The notes: generated by a model from the sequence alone, not told the origin. 61,208 nucleotides of DNA from an uncultured Bacilli bacterium (GCA_947601845.1 CANQGH010000002.1:1-61208); one strand, 5' to 3'; shown: positions 48,245 to 58,024, counted from the first letter of the stretch. Translations and numbers: made by a program.

Positions 48245-48273
48245 AATATACTATAATTTACTATAAAAGTCAA
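48245..48273 (-). promoter_or_regulatory. Promoter of the type III TA operon
   Basis: On the minus strand: TTGACT (48273-48268), 17-nt spacer, TATATT (48250-48245). Confidence 0.6.
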
Positions 48274-48489
48274 CGCTTTAACAAAGTAAATTAGCAAGTA
48301 TCACCTTGCAATAATATTATATGCAAAATTACTAACTTTATTTTGATAATATAATAGAAATGGTGATTGTTTGAATATAAAAAATTATTTATAAATGTAA
48401 TGACAAAGTAATTAATTGTCGGTTTTGTTTCCTTGACATTCAATATTTATTGTGAAACAATATTGTCTGTATTGAATGGAGAGTCTAAA

Positions 48490-49629
48490 ATGAATGATGA
48501 TTTGTTAAAGGATAGAGCATGGATAGAAATTAACTTAAGTAATCTTGAACATAATGTTAGGGAAATAGAAAGAATAATTCCTGATAAAACAAAAATCATG
48601 GCAGTTGTTAAAGCTAATGCCTATGGACATGGTATGATTACTGTAGCTAGGCATCTTAATCAAATAGGTATTACATCTTTTGCTGTCGCTACTTTACAAG
48701 AAGGTATCACTCTAAGAGAGAATAATATTACTGGTGATATTCTCATTTTAGGCTATACTAGTATTAATAATCTTGAATATGTATTAAAGTATGACTTGAT
48801 ACAGACAGTAGTAGATTTAGATTATGCCAATGAATTATTAAAGTCCTCTTATTCTAATAAAGTTAAAGTTTATTTAAAAATAAATACTGGTATGAATAGA
48901 ATTGGTATTAATTATAAAGATATTATGAATATTAAAAAATTATATACTAGTAATAAATTAAATATTTTAGGTATGTTTTCTCATTTTTGTGTTGCTGATA
49001 GTAGTAAAAAAAGTGATATAGCTTTTAGTAGCAAACAAATATCTAGATTTGATGAAGTAATCCAAGCATTAACATCTTCTAATATTGAGATTGGTAAAGT
49101 TCATTTACAAAGTAGTTATGGTATTTTAAATTATTCTAATCTTATCTATGATTATGTTCGGCCTGGTATTATTTTATATGGAGTTCACGAAGTAAAGAAC
49201 CCTTATTGTAAAACTTCTATTAATCTTAAACCCGTTTTATCTCTTAAAGCTAGAATTACTAGTATTAAAGAAATTAATAAAGGTGATTCGGTGAGTTATG
49301 GAAGAGGGTATAAAGCTTTAAAGAAAGAGACTATTGCAACGGTATCAATTGGATATGCTGACGGATTTCCTAGAAATGTTTCAGGAAAAGGTGCAAAAGT
49401 TATGGTAAATGGTCAATATGCTTATATTATTGGTAGAATTTGTATGGATCAACTTATGATCAATATTACGGATTTGGCTAATATTAAAGTAGGTGACATA
49501 GTAACTTTAATAGGTGATGATAGTGAAATATCAATTGAAGAGTTAGCATTTAAATCACAAACTATTACCCATGAATTATTATGTGGCTTAAATAATAGAT
49601 TAGGTTATGTAGTGATAGATAAAATCTAA
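48490..49629 (+). CDS. alr: Alanine racemase
   Basis: AVVKANAYGHG PLP-lysine motif and C-terminal VSYG...GYADG...MDQLM motifs. ATG 48490 follows SD ggagag. Confidence 0.9.
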   Translation: MNDDLLKDRAWIEINLSNLEHNVREIERIIPDKTKIMAVVKANAYGHGMITVARHLNQIGITSFAVATLQEGITLRENNITGDILILGYTSINNLEYVLKYDLIQTVVDLDYANELLKSSYSNKVKVYLKINTGMNRIGINYKDIMNIKKLYTSNKLNILGMFSHFCVADSSKKSDIAFSSKQISRFDEVIQALTSSNIEIGKVHLQSSYGILNYSNLIYDYVRPGIILYGVHEVKNPYCKTSINLKPVLSLKARITSIKEINKGDSVSYGRGYKALKKETIATVSIGYADGFPRNVSGKGAKVMVNGQYAYIIGRICMDQLMINITDLANIKVGDIVTLIGDDSEISIEELAFKSQTITHELLCGLNNRLGYVVIDKI

Positions 49630-50483
49630 TGATTATGTAACTTTTTATTTTAAAACCAAGCATTAACGAAAAGCAAGGAAACAAAATAGTAAATAATAAC
49701 TCGTCATATTTAATGCCTTCGACAGTATCTAATTCAACAACACCAAGAGGTCTATTAATTCTTTTCTCCTCTGATAAATATTCAATACTTCTGCCATTTA
49801 ATTGATGACCTCTAACAGTATTTCTTTTAACAGTATTTGTACCATATCTAACTCTAGAAACTTTGTTTCTTAAATCTAAATTACAACAGGCTAATAAACC
49901 TTTATCAATCCACTCATAAAAAGAAGATGGTGCAGATTTAAACATTTGATATTTTTCTGAAAGAGTATTCATAATGATTTCATGAGAAATGCCATTTTTT
50001 ATAAGTCTAGATAGATAATCTTTAAACTCTTTGGGAAAGAAATCAACTTTAGTATCAATACGAGAAACTCATTGGACAGCATTGTGCATTTCTGATATTT
50101 CAAATACAAATGACACCCATTACAAACATGGTGGTTCTTTTTTAGTAATTCACAATCAATAATCGCTTTATAATTAAGACAAACTTTAACAGCATAGAAC
50201 AATATTTACACTAAGAACATTTAACTTTATTCCTAATGGTTTCACAAAGATATTTTTGATGACAATTATTTTTATTTAAATAATTAGAATATTTTCTTTG
50301 ACTACCAAAATAAGAAGAATACTTTTTTATTCCTTTTCTAATCACAGACAGATCTTTACTTAATAACCTAGCTATATCAGCAGGAGATTTCCCTTCATTT
50401 AGATAGAATTCAATATTTCCTATTTTCAAAACAGATAAATTTTTGTTAGAATAATTACGACCCATATATATACCTCCATTCAT
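49630..50483 (-). mobile_element. Decayed, 3'-truncated IS30-family transposase gene (three frame fragments)
   Basis: 50465-50211 encodes the N-terminal HTH (GKSPADIARLLSKDLSVIRKGIKK). 50202-49999 carries VCNGC. 49972 downward gives RGHQLNGRSIEYLSEEKRINRPLGVVELDTVEG, which is the first catalytic Asp region. There are at least two frameshifts, and the rest of the DDE core is absent. Confidence 0.7.
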
Positions 50484-50665
50484 AGTTTTCTAGACAAAAA
50501 TTATTGTAATACAAAGGTTTATATGGGTCTATTTATATTTTCGAATATCCAAATCAAAATTTATATTTAATTCGGATATCAATTTTAAAATGAACACATT
50601 AAAAAAATACAGTTTACATTTCTACTTTTTGATGATAAAATATAAACCATAAGGGGAAAGATAAT

Positions 50666-51709
50666 ATGAACGAAATAGGTAAAAATTTAAAAAGAGTAAG
50701 GCTTTTAAAAAATTTATCACTTAAAGAAGCTGGACTACTTCTTAATATGACTGCTACAGCTATTTCTAAATATGAAAAAGGAGAAATACTCCCAGATTCA
50801 AAAAAGATAATTGCCTTTGCTAATGCTTATCAAGTGAAATCAATTGATTTATTAAAGGTGTATAATGTTCCAAAAATGAAATTTACTTCTTTTAGAAAGA
50901 AAAAAAGATTAGTCGGTTGTAACTTAAAACTTTTAGAGGAATTGATTCAAAATGAAGTCGCTAAATATTTTGAAGTTATAGAATTGAACAACATAGCGTC
51001 TAACAGTATTAAATTAAAAAAATACTCATGTAATAGTATAGAAGAAGCTGAAGAGGCTGCCAACGATTTTAGAAAATTTATAAATATATCTAATAAGCAA
51101 CCCATATCAGACTTAATTAATATTCTTGAAAATCTTGGTATTGTTATAATTCAAATTCAGAATCCTAATCATCGCTTTGATGATTTTGATGGCTTGAGTG
51201 AAATTGTAGATGGTATTCCCGTTATTGTTGTACTGGATAGTATAATGGATGGAGCAAGGCAGCGTTTTACTATTGCTCATGAACTAGGTCATTTATTATT
51301 AGATATAGGCAATGAAAAATTAGATAGCGAAAAATTATGTAATAGATTTGCTAGTGCATTATTAATGCCAAAAGAGGCTGTCATAAACGAATTTGGCATA
51401 TCGAGAAAAAATATAAATTTTTTTGAATTAACAGCTTTTAAAAATGAATTTAAAGTTAGTTATGCCGCAATTGTATATAGATTGCGAGATTTAAATATTA
51501 TATCGGAATATTTATATAAAAGATTATTCATCTTTTTAAATCAAAAAATAGGGAAAAAAGATCCAAAACCTATTCCACCAGAAATATCATATCAATTTAA
51601 AAAAACAGTATTCAGGTTAGAGGCAGATGAAATAATTTCCTTAAATAAGGCCTGCGAATTATTGGGAGTTACAGTAGATGAATATAACAGCGAAGATAAT
51701 AATTACTGA
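50666..51709 (+). CDS. XRE-family HTH fused to an ImmA/IrrE (COG2856) zinc metallopeptidase
   Basis: N-terminal HTH (LKRVRLLKNLSLKEAGLLLNMTATAISKYEKGE) and HEXXH (IAHELGHLLL). Confidence 0.85.
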   Translation: MNEIGKNLKRVRLLKNLSLKEAGLLLNMTATAISKYEKGEILPDSKKIIAFANAYQVKSIDLLKVYNVPKMKFTSFRKKKRLVGCNLKLLEELIQNEVAKYFEVIELNNIASNSIKLKKYSCNSIEEAEEAANDFRKFINISNKQPISDLINILENLGIVIIQIQNPNHRFDDFDGLSEIVDGIPVIVVLDSIMDGARQRFTIAHELGHLLLDIGNEKLDSEKLCNRFASALLMPKEAVINEFGISRKNINFFELTAFKNEFKVSYAAIVYRLRDLNIISEYLYKRLFIFLNQKIGKKDPKPIPPEISYQFKKTVFRLEADEIISLNKACELLGVTVDEYNSEDNNY

Positions 51710-52193
51710 TACTAATATAATAACAGATTTAAATAGTGCCAATATACTAGAAGAGTTTGTTAATCTTGATAATGTTTATATAAGTGATATGGTTAAAAAT
51801 GATGAAATAAATGCTAAGACAGGAAATATTGAGTTAATAAATAAATTTAAAGTTATAACATCCTCTTCTACCCAATTAATAGAGGTGAGTAACTTATCTA
51901 TTGCTGAAAAAAAATTATCTCCTTATGATTTATTAAATTACGTTATAGCAAGAGATAATAATGGGATTCTTGCTACAGGCGATAATAGATTAAAAAGGTA
52001 TGCTGAAAGTAAGAAAATAGAAGTTATTAGAACATTAAAAATAATTAAATTGATGCAAGAACGTGGCGTTATTACTTGTGAAAAAGCCATAAATGCTTGT
52101 CATTTATTGAAAACTTGTCGTACAACACGTATACCAGAAGAAGATATAAACAATCTAATTGATATATTAGAAGATACTTCGGTTGCGGTTTAA
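51678..52193 (+). CDS. PIN-like nuclease domain protein (COG2405/DUF3368-like)
   Basis: N-terminus IIITDTNIITDL (PIN-type acidic strand) and a C-terminal helical tail RGVITCEKAINACHLLK. Overlaps the upstream gene by 32 nt. Assigned by pattern only. Confidence 0.5.
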   Translation: MNITAKIIITDTNIITDLNSANILEEFVNLDNVYISDMVKNDEINAKTGNIELINKFKVITSSSTQLIEVSNLSIAEKKLSPYDLLNYVIARDNNGILATGDNRLKRYAESKKIEVIRTLKIIKLMQERGVITCEKAINACHLLKTCRTTRIPEEDINNLIDILEDTSVAV

Positions 52194-52235
52194 ATTTTTG
52201 CTTTGATAGAGCTTTAATACTTAATTAATTTTTCC

Positions 52236-52264
52236 TTGTATATTTGTTTTATATAAGTTATAAT
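52236..52264 (+). promoter_or_regulatory. Promoter of yceD-rpmF
   Basis: TTGTAT (52236-52241), 17-nt spacer, TATAAT (52259-52264). Confidence 0.6.
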
Positions 52265-52280
52265 TTGTTTGGTGATATAA

Positions 52281-52745
52281 ATGATTATAGAACTAGATGA
52301 ATTATTTTGCCATAATACGGAGAAGATTCCTATTGATAGCAACATCAAATTTAATAATGAAGAGTATCATAATAATGAAATTAAAGATTTAAAGAATGTT
52401 CATTTTACAGGTGAGATTCATTATGGGAATGATGAATCTATTGATTTAGTAGGTTCTTTACAAGGAACAATGGTAATTTCTGATGCGATTAGTTTAGATG
52501 ATGTAGATTATTCATTTTCTTGTGAAATTGATGAAAACTTAGATGAAATTCTAGAAAATAATCAAAATACTATTGATATTCTTGATGTTTTGTGGCAAAA
52601 TATTGTTTTAGAGATCCCGCTTAAATACACTTTAGTTGATGATTTAAGTAAATATCAAGGGGATGGATGGAAAGTAATAAGTGAAGATGAAATAAAAAGG
52701 GATAATCCTTTTAGCGTCTTAGCTGAAAAAATGAAAGAGGAGTGA
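52281..52745 (+). CDS. yceD: YceD/DUF177 family large-subunit accumulation protein
   Basis: 154-aa acidic protein directly upstream of rpmF, which is the conserved yceD-rpmF pairing. Confidence 0.75.
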   Translation: MIIELDELFCHNTEKIPIDSNIKFNNEEYHNNEIKDLKNVHFTGEIHYGNDESIDLVGSLQGTMVISDAISLDDVDYSFSCEIDENLDEILENNQNTIDILDVLWQNIVLEIPLKYTLVDDLSKYQGDGWKVISEDEIKRDNPFSVLAEKMKEE

Positions 52746-52749
52746 TAAC

Positions 52750-52935
52750 ATGGCGGTACCATTTAGAAAAGTTTCAAAAACTAGAAAAAGAATGAGAAGA
52801 AGTCATAATGCTTTAGAAGTAGTAGGAACTACTACTTGCAGTGAGTGTGGAGCAGTAATTAAACCACATCGTGTATGTAAAAAGTGTGGAAGTTACAAAG
52901 GTAAAAAAGTTATTGAAACTAAGGATGCTGAATAA
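52750..52935 (+). CDS. rpmF: 50S ribosomal protein L32
   Basis: [19 protein letters not shown] and a CxxC...CxxC zinc ribbon. Confidence 0.95.
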   Translation: MAVPFRKVSKTRKRMRRSHNALEVVGTTTCSECGAVIKPHRVCKKCGSYKGKKVIETKDAE

Positions 52936-52950
52936 GCATCTTTTCTTTTT
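52924..52950 (+). terminator. Terminator overlapping the rpmF stop
   Basis: gatgct (52924-52929) / agcatc (52935-52940), then ttttcttttt. Confidence 0.65.
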
Positions 52951-52959
52951 AAATAATTC

Positions 52960-52988
52960 TTGCTAAAATTACTAATCTTTATTATAAT
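52960..52988 (+). promoter_or_regulatory. Promoter of the ClpX-like gene
   Basis: TTGCTA (52960-52965), 17-nt spacer, TATAAT (52983-52988). The TTG start listed in the ORF track is this -35 box. Confidence 0.6.
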
Positions 52989-53019
52989 AGCAAGTAGTTA
53001 TTTAAAGGGGGCAGTATTA

Positions 53020-54552
53020 ATGACCTATTATGCAATGTCTTATGAAGCAAGTTCAATTGAAGGTAAGATTGTATTATTGCCTAATCATATAGTAGCAGGA
53101 AGTATAATTAATGGAGAAATGTATGATTATTATAATAATACATATTATTTAATTAGAAATTATTATGATCTACGTAATAATGGTAAGAAATACGTTGCTT
53201 TTCCAGTATCAGAGGCAGAATTGAGAAATCATTTTCATGATGCTAATTTTCATGATGATATTGATATTTATGCAGGACTATATCAAGAATTGTGTGAAAG
53301 GTATATATGCTATTTAAAAGTCAAAAATCCAAAAGATAGTTATGTGATAGATACTTATAATAATAAAATTATTAAATTAAAATTAAATCAATCTTTGTTT
53401 GATCAACTAGAGAAAAAAGAAAATTGTGAAAAGATAGAAGAAGTTACTAGTAATGATAATGCCGAAGGGTATGATTTTGGTAACGTTATGGATACCAATT
53501 CCATTTTTAATAGAATTACTGATAAGGTTGTTGGACAAGATGAAGCAGCTAGAATGTTAATATATACAATCTATCGTAATTTACGATATTCACAAAATGA
53601 GAGAATGAAATCTAACATTTTATTATATGGACCCACAGGATGTGGAAAAACAGCGCTTCTTAAGGCTATTTCTCAAGAATTTGGTGTACCATTTATGAGA
53701 GAAAATATGAAAGATTATACGGCGGTTGGTTATGAAGGTTCTAATGTAAAAAACATATTAAAGCGCTTATATAAGAAATGTAATGGTAATTTGGCATTAG
53801 CTGAACATGCGATTATTATGTTAGATGAGTTTGATAAATTAGCTACTACTAATCCTAGAGAAACTGTCAATAAAACTGATGTTCAAGATGAATTGTTAAC
53901 TATGGCTGATGGTGATAAAATTAACATAGGTGATGATAGAACCGGTGGAGAAATATTTATTGATACTTCGAATATTACGTTTATTTTTTGTGGAGCATTT
54001 ATGGGTTTAACTGACCCTATTAAGAAAAACTCTATGGGCTTTATCACTAGCAGTGACAATCATAATGATGCAAGTGATATTGATGTTTCAGCATTTGAAA
54101 AGTATGGAATAAAAAAGGAATTGTTGGGACGCCTACCTGTGCCTATTCCGGTTAGAAAACTAGAAGTTTCTGATTTAGAAAGAATTTTAGATAAATCTTC
54201 TATAAGTGATTTAAAAATATATGAAAATTCATTATATGATGTAGATAAAGTTAAAATTGTTTATACTAATAGAAACCAATTTATTAAAGATTTAGCTCAT
54301 AAGGCTAGTGAAAAAAATACTGGTGTTAGAGGCTTAAAATCGGTAGTTGATTACGTATTCATGGAAGCATGTAATAAAATAGGCATTGAATTATTGAATG
54401 ATATGCAAAATGGTAATATGCCTTCGGAAAGAGAATTAATTGTATCAAGTGCTACAATAGATGATAATAGTAAATTTGTTTTAAGAAAGGTTCAAGAGAA
54501 AGGTAGTTTGAGTGTTAATGAATTATCAAGAAGAGCTAGACAAAATAATTAA
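53020..54552 (+). CDS. ClpX-like AAA+ ATPase with a non-canonical N-terminal domain
   Basis: VVGQDEAARML, Walker A YGPTGCGKT, Walker B IIMLDEFDKL, FIFCGAF, NSMGF (IGF-loop-like) and LLGRLPV. There is no N-terminal Cys4 zinc finger. ATG 53020 follows SD aaaggggg. Confidence 0.75.
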   Translation: MTYYAMSYEASSIEGKIVLLPNHIVAGSIINGEMYDYYNNTYYLIRNYYDLRNNGKKYVAFPVSEAELRNHFHDANFHDDIDIYAGLYQELCERYICYLKVKNPKDSYVIDTYNNKIIKLKLNQSLFDQLEKKENCEKIEEVTSNDNAEGYDFGNVMDTNSIFNRITDKVVGQDEAARMLIYTIYRNLRYSQNERMKSNILLYGPTGCGKTALLKAISQEFGVPFMRENMKDYTAVGYEGSNVKNILKRLYKKCNGNLALAEHAIIMLDEFDKLATTNPRETVNKTDVQDELLTMADGDKINIGDDRTGGEIFIDTSNITFIFCGAFMGLTDPIKKNSMGFITSSDNHNDASDIDVSAFEKYGIKKELLGRLPVPIPVRKLEVSDLERILDKSSISDLKIYENSLYDVDKVKIVYTNRNQFIKDLAHKASEKNTGVRGLKSVVDYVFMEACNKIGIELLNDMQNGNMPSERELIVSSATIDDNSKFVLRKVQEKGSLSVNELSRRARQNN

Positions 54553-55132
54553 GAAGAATCAGGAAAATAAGTTTATTCCTACTTTGTTATTACATAGTTG
54601 TTGTGCTCCTTGTTCTAGTTATGTTTTAGAATATTTGTCTAATTATTTTAAAATATCAATCTTATATTATAATCCTAATATTTATCCTGAAGAAGAGTAT
54701 ATAAAAAGGCGTGAAGAGTTAGAAAGATTAATTAAGGAAATGCCTTTAGCTAATCCTGTTCAACTAATTGAGTGTAACTATGATAATGATAAATTTAACG
54801 AGTTGGCAAAAGGCTTAGAACAAGAAAAAGAGGGTGGAGCTAGATGTCATTTATGTTATCGCTTGCGTTTAGAAGAGGCGGCTAAAGTAGCTAAAAAGTT
54901 AGACTTTGATTATTTTACGACTACTTTATCGATAAGTCCTTACAAGAACGCTAAAGTCTTAAATGAGATTGGTTCTGATTTAGGTAAAAAGTATAATGTT
55001 GGATATCTATATGCTGATTTTAAAAAAAGAAATGGTTATAAAAGAAGTATTGAGTTATCAAAGATATATAATTTATATCGCCAGAATTATTGCGGATGCA
55101 TTTATTCTAAAAGAAATGATATAGAAGAATAA
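54518..55132 (+). CDS. queH: Epoxyqueuosine reductase QueH (DUF208)
   Basis: LLLHSCCAPCSSYVLEYL and the C-terminal YCGCIYS cysteine motifs. Confidence 0.85.
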   Translation: MNYQEELDKIIKKNQENKFIPTLLLHSCCAPCSSYVLEYLSNYFKISILYYNPNIYPEEEYIKRREELERLIKEMPLANPVQLIECNYDNDKFNELAKGLEQEKEGGARCHLCYRLRLEEAAKVAKKLDFDYFTTTLSISPYKNAKVLNEIGSDLGKKYNVGYLYADFKKRNGYKRSIELSKIYNLYRQNYCGCIYSKRNDIEE

Positions 55133-55149
55133 AAAGGCAAAAGAAAAGA

Positions 55150-55181
55150 TGTATTGAGTTAATCTTAATACACCTTTTTTT
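55150..55181 (+). terminator. Terminator after queH
   Basis: gtattgag (55151-55158) / cttaatac (55164-55171) with one G-U pair, then a T7 run. Confidence 0.6.
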
Positions 55182-55695
55182 ATCCAATGATTCCTTTTAA
55201 TAGACCAAACGATAATAACATCATAATTAATCCTGCTACAAAGACACCTAAAGCGATGGTTAAAAAAGATTTTTTTCTACTCATACCTAATACTGCGGCA
55301 ATCAAAGCTCCAGTCCATGCTCCTGTTCCTGGTAGAGGAATAGCTACAAAGAAAAATAACCCCCAATAACCATATTTTTCAATACTACCTTTTTTCTTTT
55401 CAACTTTATTTTCCATTTTAGTTACTATTTTACCTAACGATTTAGTCTTTTTAAACTGTTTAAATATCCAGTTGATTAAAAGTAGAATAAAAGGAATAGG
55501 TAATAAATTAAAAAAATAACAAAGAATAAAACTTAAAGCACTATTTAAATTTAGTAGGGCAGCTGCAATTAAACCACCACGCAACTCAATAATTGGTAAC
55601 ATCGATAGTACACAAATAATGACTATTTTAACTATATCTGAGTTATTAGCACCTCCAAATAAATTTACAAAAAAATTAACTAATGTTTCTGTCAT
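55180..55695 (-). CDS. Small multidrug-export-family membrane protein (COG2426)
   Basis: 171 aa, 4-5 TM segments, MLPIIELRGGL motif. Confidence 0.65.
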   Translation of the reverse strand: MTETLVNFFVNLFGGANNSDIVKIVIICVLSMLPIIELRGGLIAAALLNLNSALSFILCYFFNLLPIPFILLLINWIFKQFKKTKSLGKIVTKMENKVEKKKGSIEKYGYWGLFFFVAIPLPGTGAWTGALIAAVLGMSRKKSFLTIALGVFVAGLIMMLLSFGLLKGIIG

Positions 55696-55790
55696 GACTT
55701 CTTCCTTTCTTTTAGATAATTATATGATATTGTCATGAAGAGGTCAAACAAATTAATAGAACTATGTAAAATATTGTTAGTTACCAATAC

Positions 55791-57278
55791 TTAATTAACA
55801 TTTGATTTTACACTAATATTGTAGATGCTAGGACCTTTAATAACCTTGCCATCAATATCAAATCTTGAACCATGACATGGACAATCCCAAGTTTTATCGA
55901 CTGTGTTAAAGACTAGATTACATTTCATATGGGGACATAAGTTATATACTATATGCTCCTTATTATTTTCATCAGTATAGATTCCATATTTTACCCCATC
56001 TTTAGTTACTACTTTGACATTATCTGGATAAAAAGAATAATTTGTTTTCAATTTAGATAACATGTAAGTAGTACCTGTTTTTAAATTAAAATTAACAATA
56101 TTTAAAGCCTTTCCTATGTTAAGTTTTCTAGTTGGACTAAAAATGTTGGCATACTTATTTTCTTTATCTTGAACTAAATCACTTAAAATTCTTCCAGCTA
56201 AAGTACCATTAGTCATGCCCCAAGTATTATAACCAGTACCAATTAATAGATTCTTATTATCATCTTCATAATAACCAATAATAGGTAATCCATCTGGAGT
56301 CATAATATCGTAATTAAACCATTCATATTTAATATCCTTAGTTAGATTAGATTCGACATGCCAAGTTAAATCTTTAAAATTTTTTTCATTATCCATATTA
56401 TTTCCTAAACTTTTAGATAGTCCTGCGTAAATGATATAATCTCTATTGTCGGAATAATATCTTATGGAATGCGTAGAATCTTTACAACTAATGGCGTTAA
56501 ACATTTTATTTTTAGGAACAATGCCACTTGCTACATATGATTTTTCTAAATATGTTTTAAAAGGAAATAGTCCAGGATTTAGAAAAAAAGGGTAGTGACA
56601 TGCTAGAATAACTTTTTTAGCAGCAATAGTATGGTTTTTGGTTTTAGCTATATAGCCATCACTAATTTTGTCCATACTGATTATTTTGGTTTTTTCATAT
56701 AAATGAATACCTTCTTTTTTACATATATCTTTTAGTTCTAATACATATTTAACAGGATGAAAAACGGCAGTATCATCTACTTTAATAGCGTATTTACAAG
56801 GATATTTAATGGGTAGGTTAGTAGTTGTTTTACAATTATTATAAGCATCAGTTAAAAATGATCTAAGTTTTTTTAAATGATGAATATTTTTATCTTGATG
56901 AGTAAAAACATAAGAACTATTGCTTTCAAAATTACATTTGATATTATAATTTAAGATATTACTTTTTACTAAATCAATCGCATATTTTTGACTTTCTAAA
57001 TATTTCTTAGCAATTCCAAAGCCATGGATACTTTCTATTTTATTGTATAAAAGTTCTTGTAAATAAGTAAGCTTTCCTGTCGTTTTTGAGGTAACACCAT
57101 GACCAATTAAATTACTATCGACCAATGTTACATCTAATTTAGATTTTCTTAAATAAAAAGCTGTTGATATTCCAGTAATACCACCACCAATAATTAAAAC
57201 ATCCGTATTGATATCTTTATTTAATGACTCCAAAGGTTTTACTTTGATTCCTTTTAACCATAAAGAATTATATATCAT
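55791..57278 (-). CDS. FAD-dependent oxidoreductase fused to a C-terminal Rieske [2Fe-2S] domain
   Basis: DVLIIGGGITGIS dinucleotide fold and Rieske CPHMKC...CPCHGSRF. ATG 57278 (GGTGA 5 nt upstream) is preferred over TTG 57305. Confidence 0.8.
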   Translation of the reverse strand: MIYNSLWLKGIKVKPLESLNKDINTDVLIIGGGITGISTAFYLRKSKLDVTLVDSNLIGHGVTSKTTGKLTYLQELLYNKIESIHGFGIAKKYLESQKYAIDLVKSNILNYNIKCNFESNSSYVFTHQDKNIHHLKKLRSFLTDAYNNCKTTTNLPIKYPCKYAIKVDDTAVFHPVKYVLELKDICKKEGIHLYEKTKIISMDKISDGYIAKTKNHTIAAKKVILACHYPFFLNPGLFPFKTYLEKSYVASGIVPKNKMFNAISCKDSTHSIRYYSDNRDYIIYAGLSKSLGNNMDNEKNFKDLTWHVESNLTKDIKYEWFNYDIMTPDGLPIIGYYEDDNKNLLIGTGYNTWGMTNGTLAGRILSDLVQDKENKYANIFSPTRKLNIGKALNIVNFNLKTGTTYMLSKLKTNYSFYPDNVKVVTKDGVKYGIYTDENNKEHIVYNLCPHMKCNLVFNTVDKTWDCPCHGSRFDIDGKVIKGPSIYNISVKSNVN

Positions 57279-57367
57279 ATTTATCACCATTATATTATGA
57301 TACAATGTTTCTTTTTTTAATCATTGCTAATTAAAATAAATTATGATAAGTTTAAAGTGGTGATAAT

Positions 57368-57916
57368 ATGAAGTGCCCAAAGTGTCATGAAAATATTCGT
57401 GATAATATTAAATATTGTCCAAGATGTGGATACCTATTTGCAAGTGATGAAGTAAGTGGTTATGATACTGTTGAAAATCAATTATTAAGTATTTATACTG
57501 ATAAAAAGTTGTTATATCAATCAAACTTTTCTTTAGGCTTTTTACTTTTTAATTTTGCTTATGCTTTTTATAGAAAGATGTACTATGAAGGAATAGTTGC
57601 ATTTATATCTACATTCCTACTTATTATCTTTGGTAAGAATGTATTAATGTATATTGTTAAAAGTATGGGTTTTTATGCTTTAGCTATTATCTTTACTATT
57701 CTTGGCTGTGTTGCTATAAATCTTTATTATCTTTTTAATTTTAATAATTTATATATTGCTAAATCTAAGACTAGAATATATAAGATAATGCAACGATATA
57801 GTAAGAGTGATTTAGATACCTTACAAAAAATATGTGTAAAAGATAGTAGGGGTAATTTGATGATTTCTATTATTAGTGTAATTATCTTTGTAATACTTTT
57901 AATTAAGCAATTATAG
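57368..57916 (+). CDS. Zinc-ribbon membrane protein
   Basis: MKCPKCHENI...YCPRCGY, then 3-4 TM helices. Confidence 0.65.
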   Translation: MKCPKCHENIRDNIKYCPRCGYLFASDEVSGYDTVENQLLSIYTDKKLLYQSNFSLGFLLFNFAYAFYRKMYYEGIVAFISTFLLIIFGKNVLMYIVKSMGFYALAIIFTILGCVAINLYYLFNFNNLYIAKSKTRIYKIMQRYSKSDLDTLQKICVKDSRGNLMISIISVIIFVILLIKQL

Positions 57917-58024
57917 TAAAGTAATAAGAATATTGTGAATATATTTGGGGAAACTACTTTAAAGACCTTGATTTTTATCCATTTTGTGGTATAATTTAAA
58001 AAGTTTTTAAGGAAGTGTAAGTAT

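Noticed and set aside
49565-49972. 135-aa minus-strand ORF as an intact gene overlapping alr
   Set aside because: It is the third frame fragment of a decayed IS30 transposase. The extension into alr is fortuitous read-through of an open frame.
52960-53019. TTG start at 52960 for the ClpX-like gene
   Set aside because: The TTG is part of a TTGCTA-17-TATAAT promoter. ATG 53020 has a strong SD (aaaggggg).
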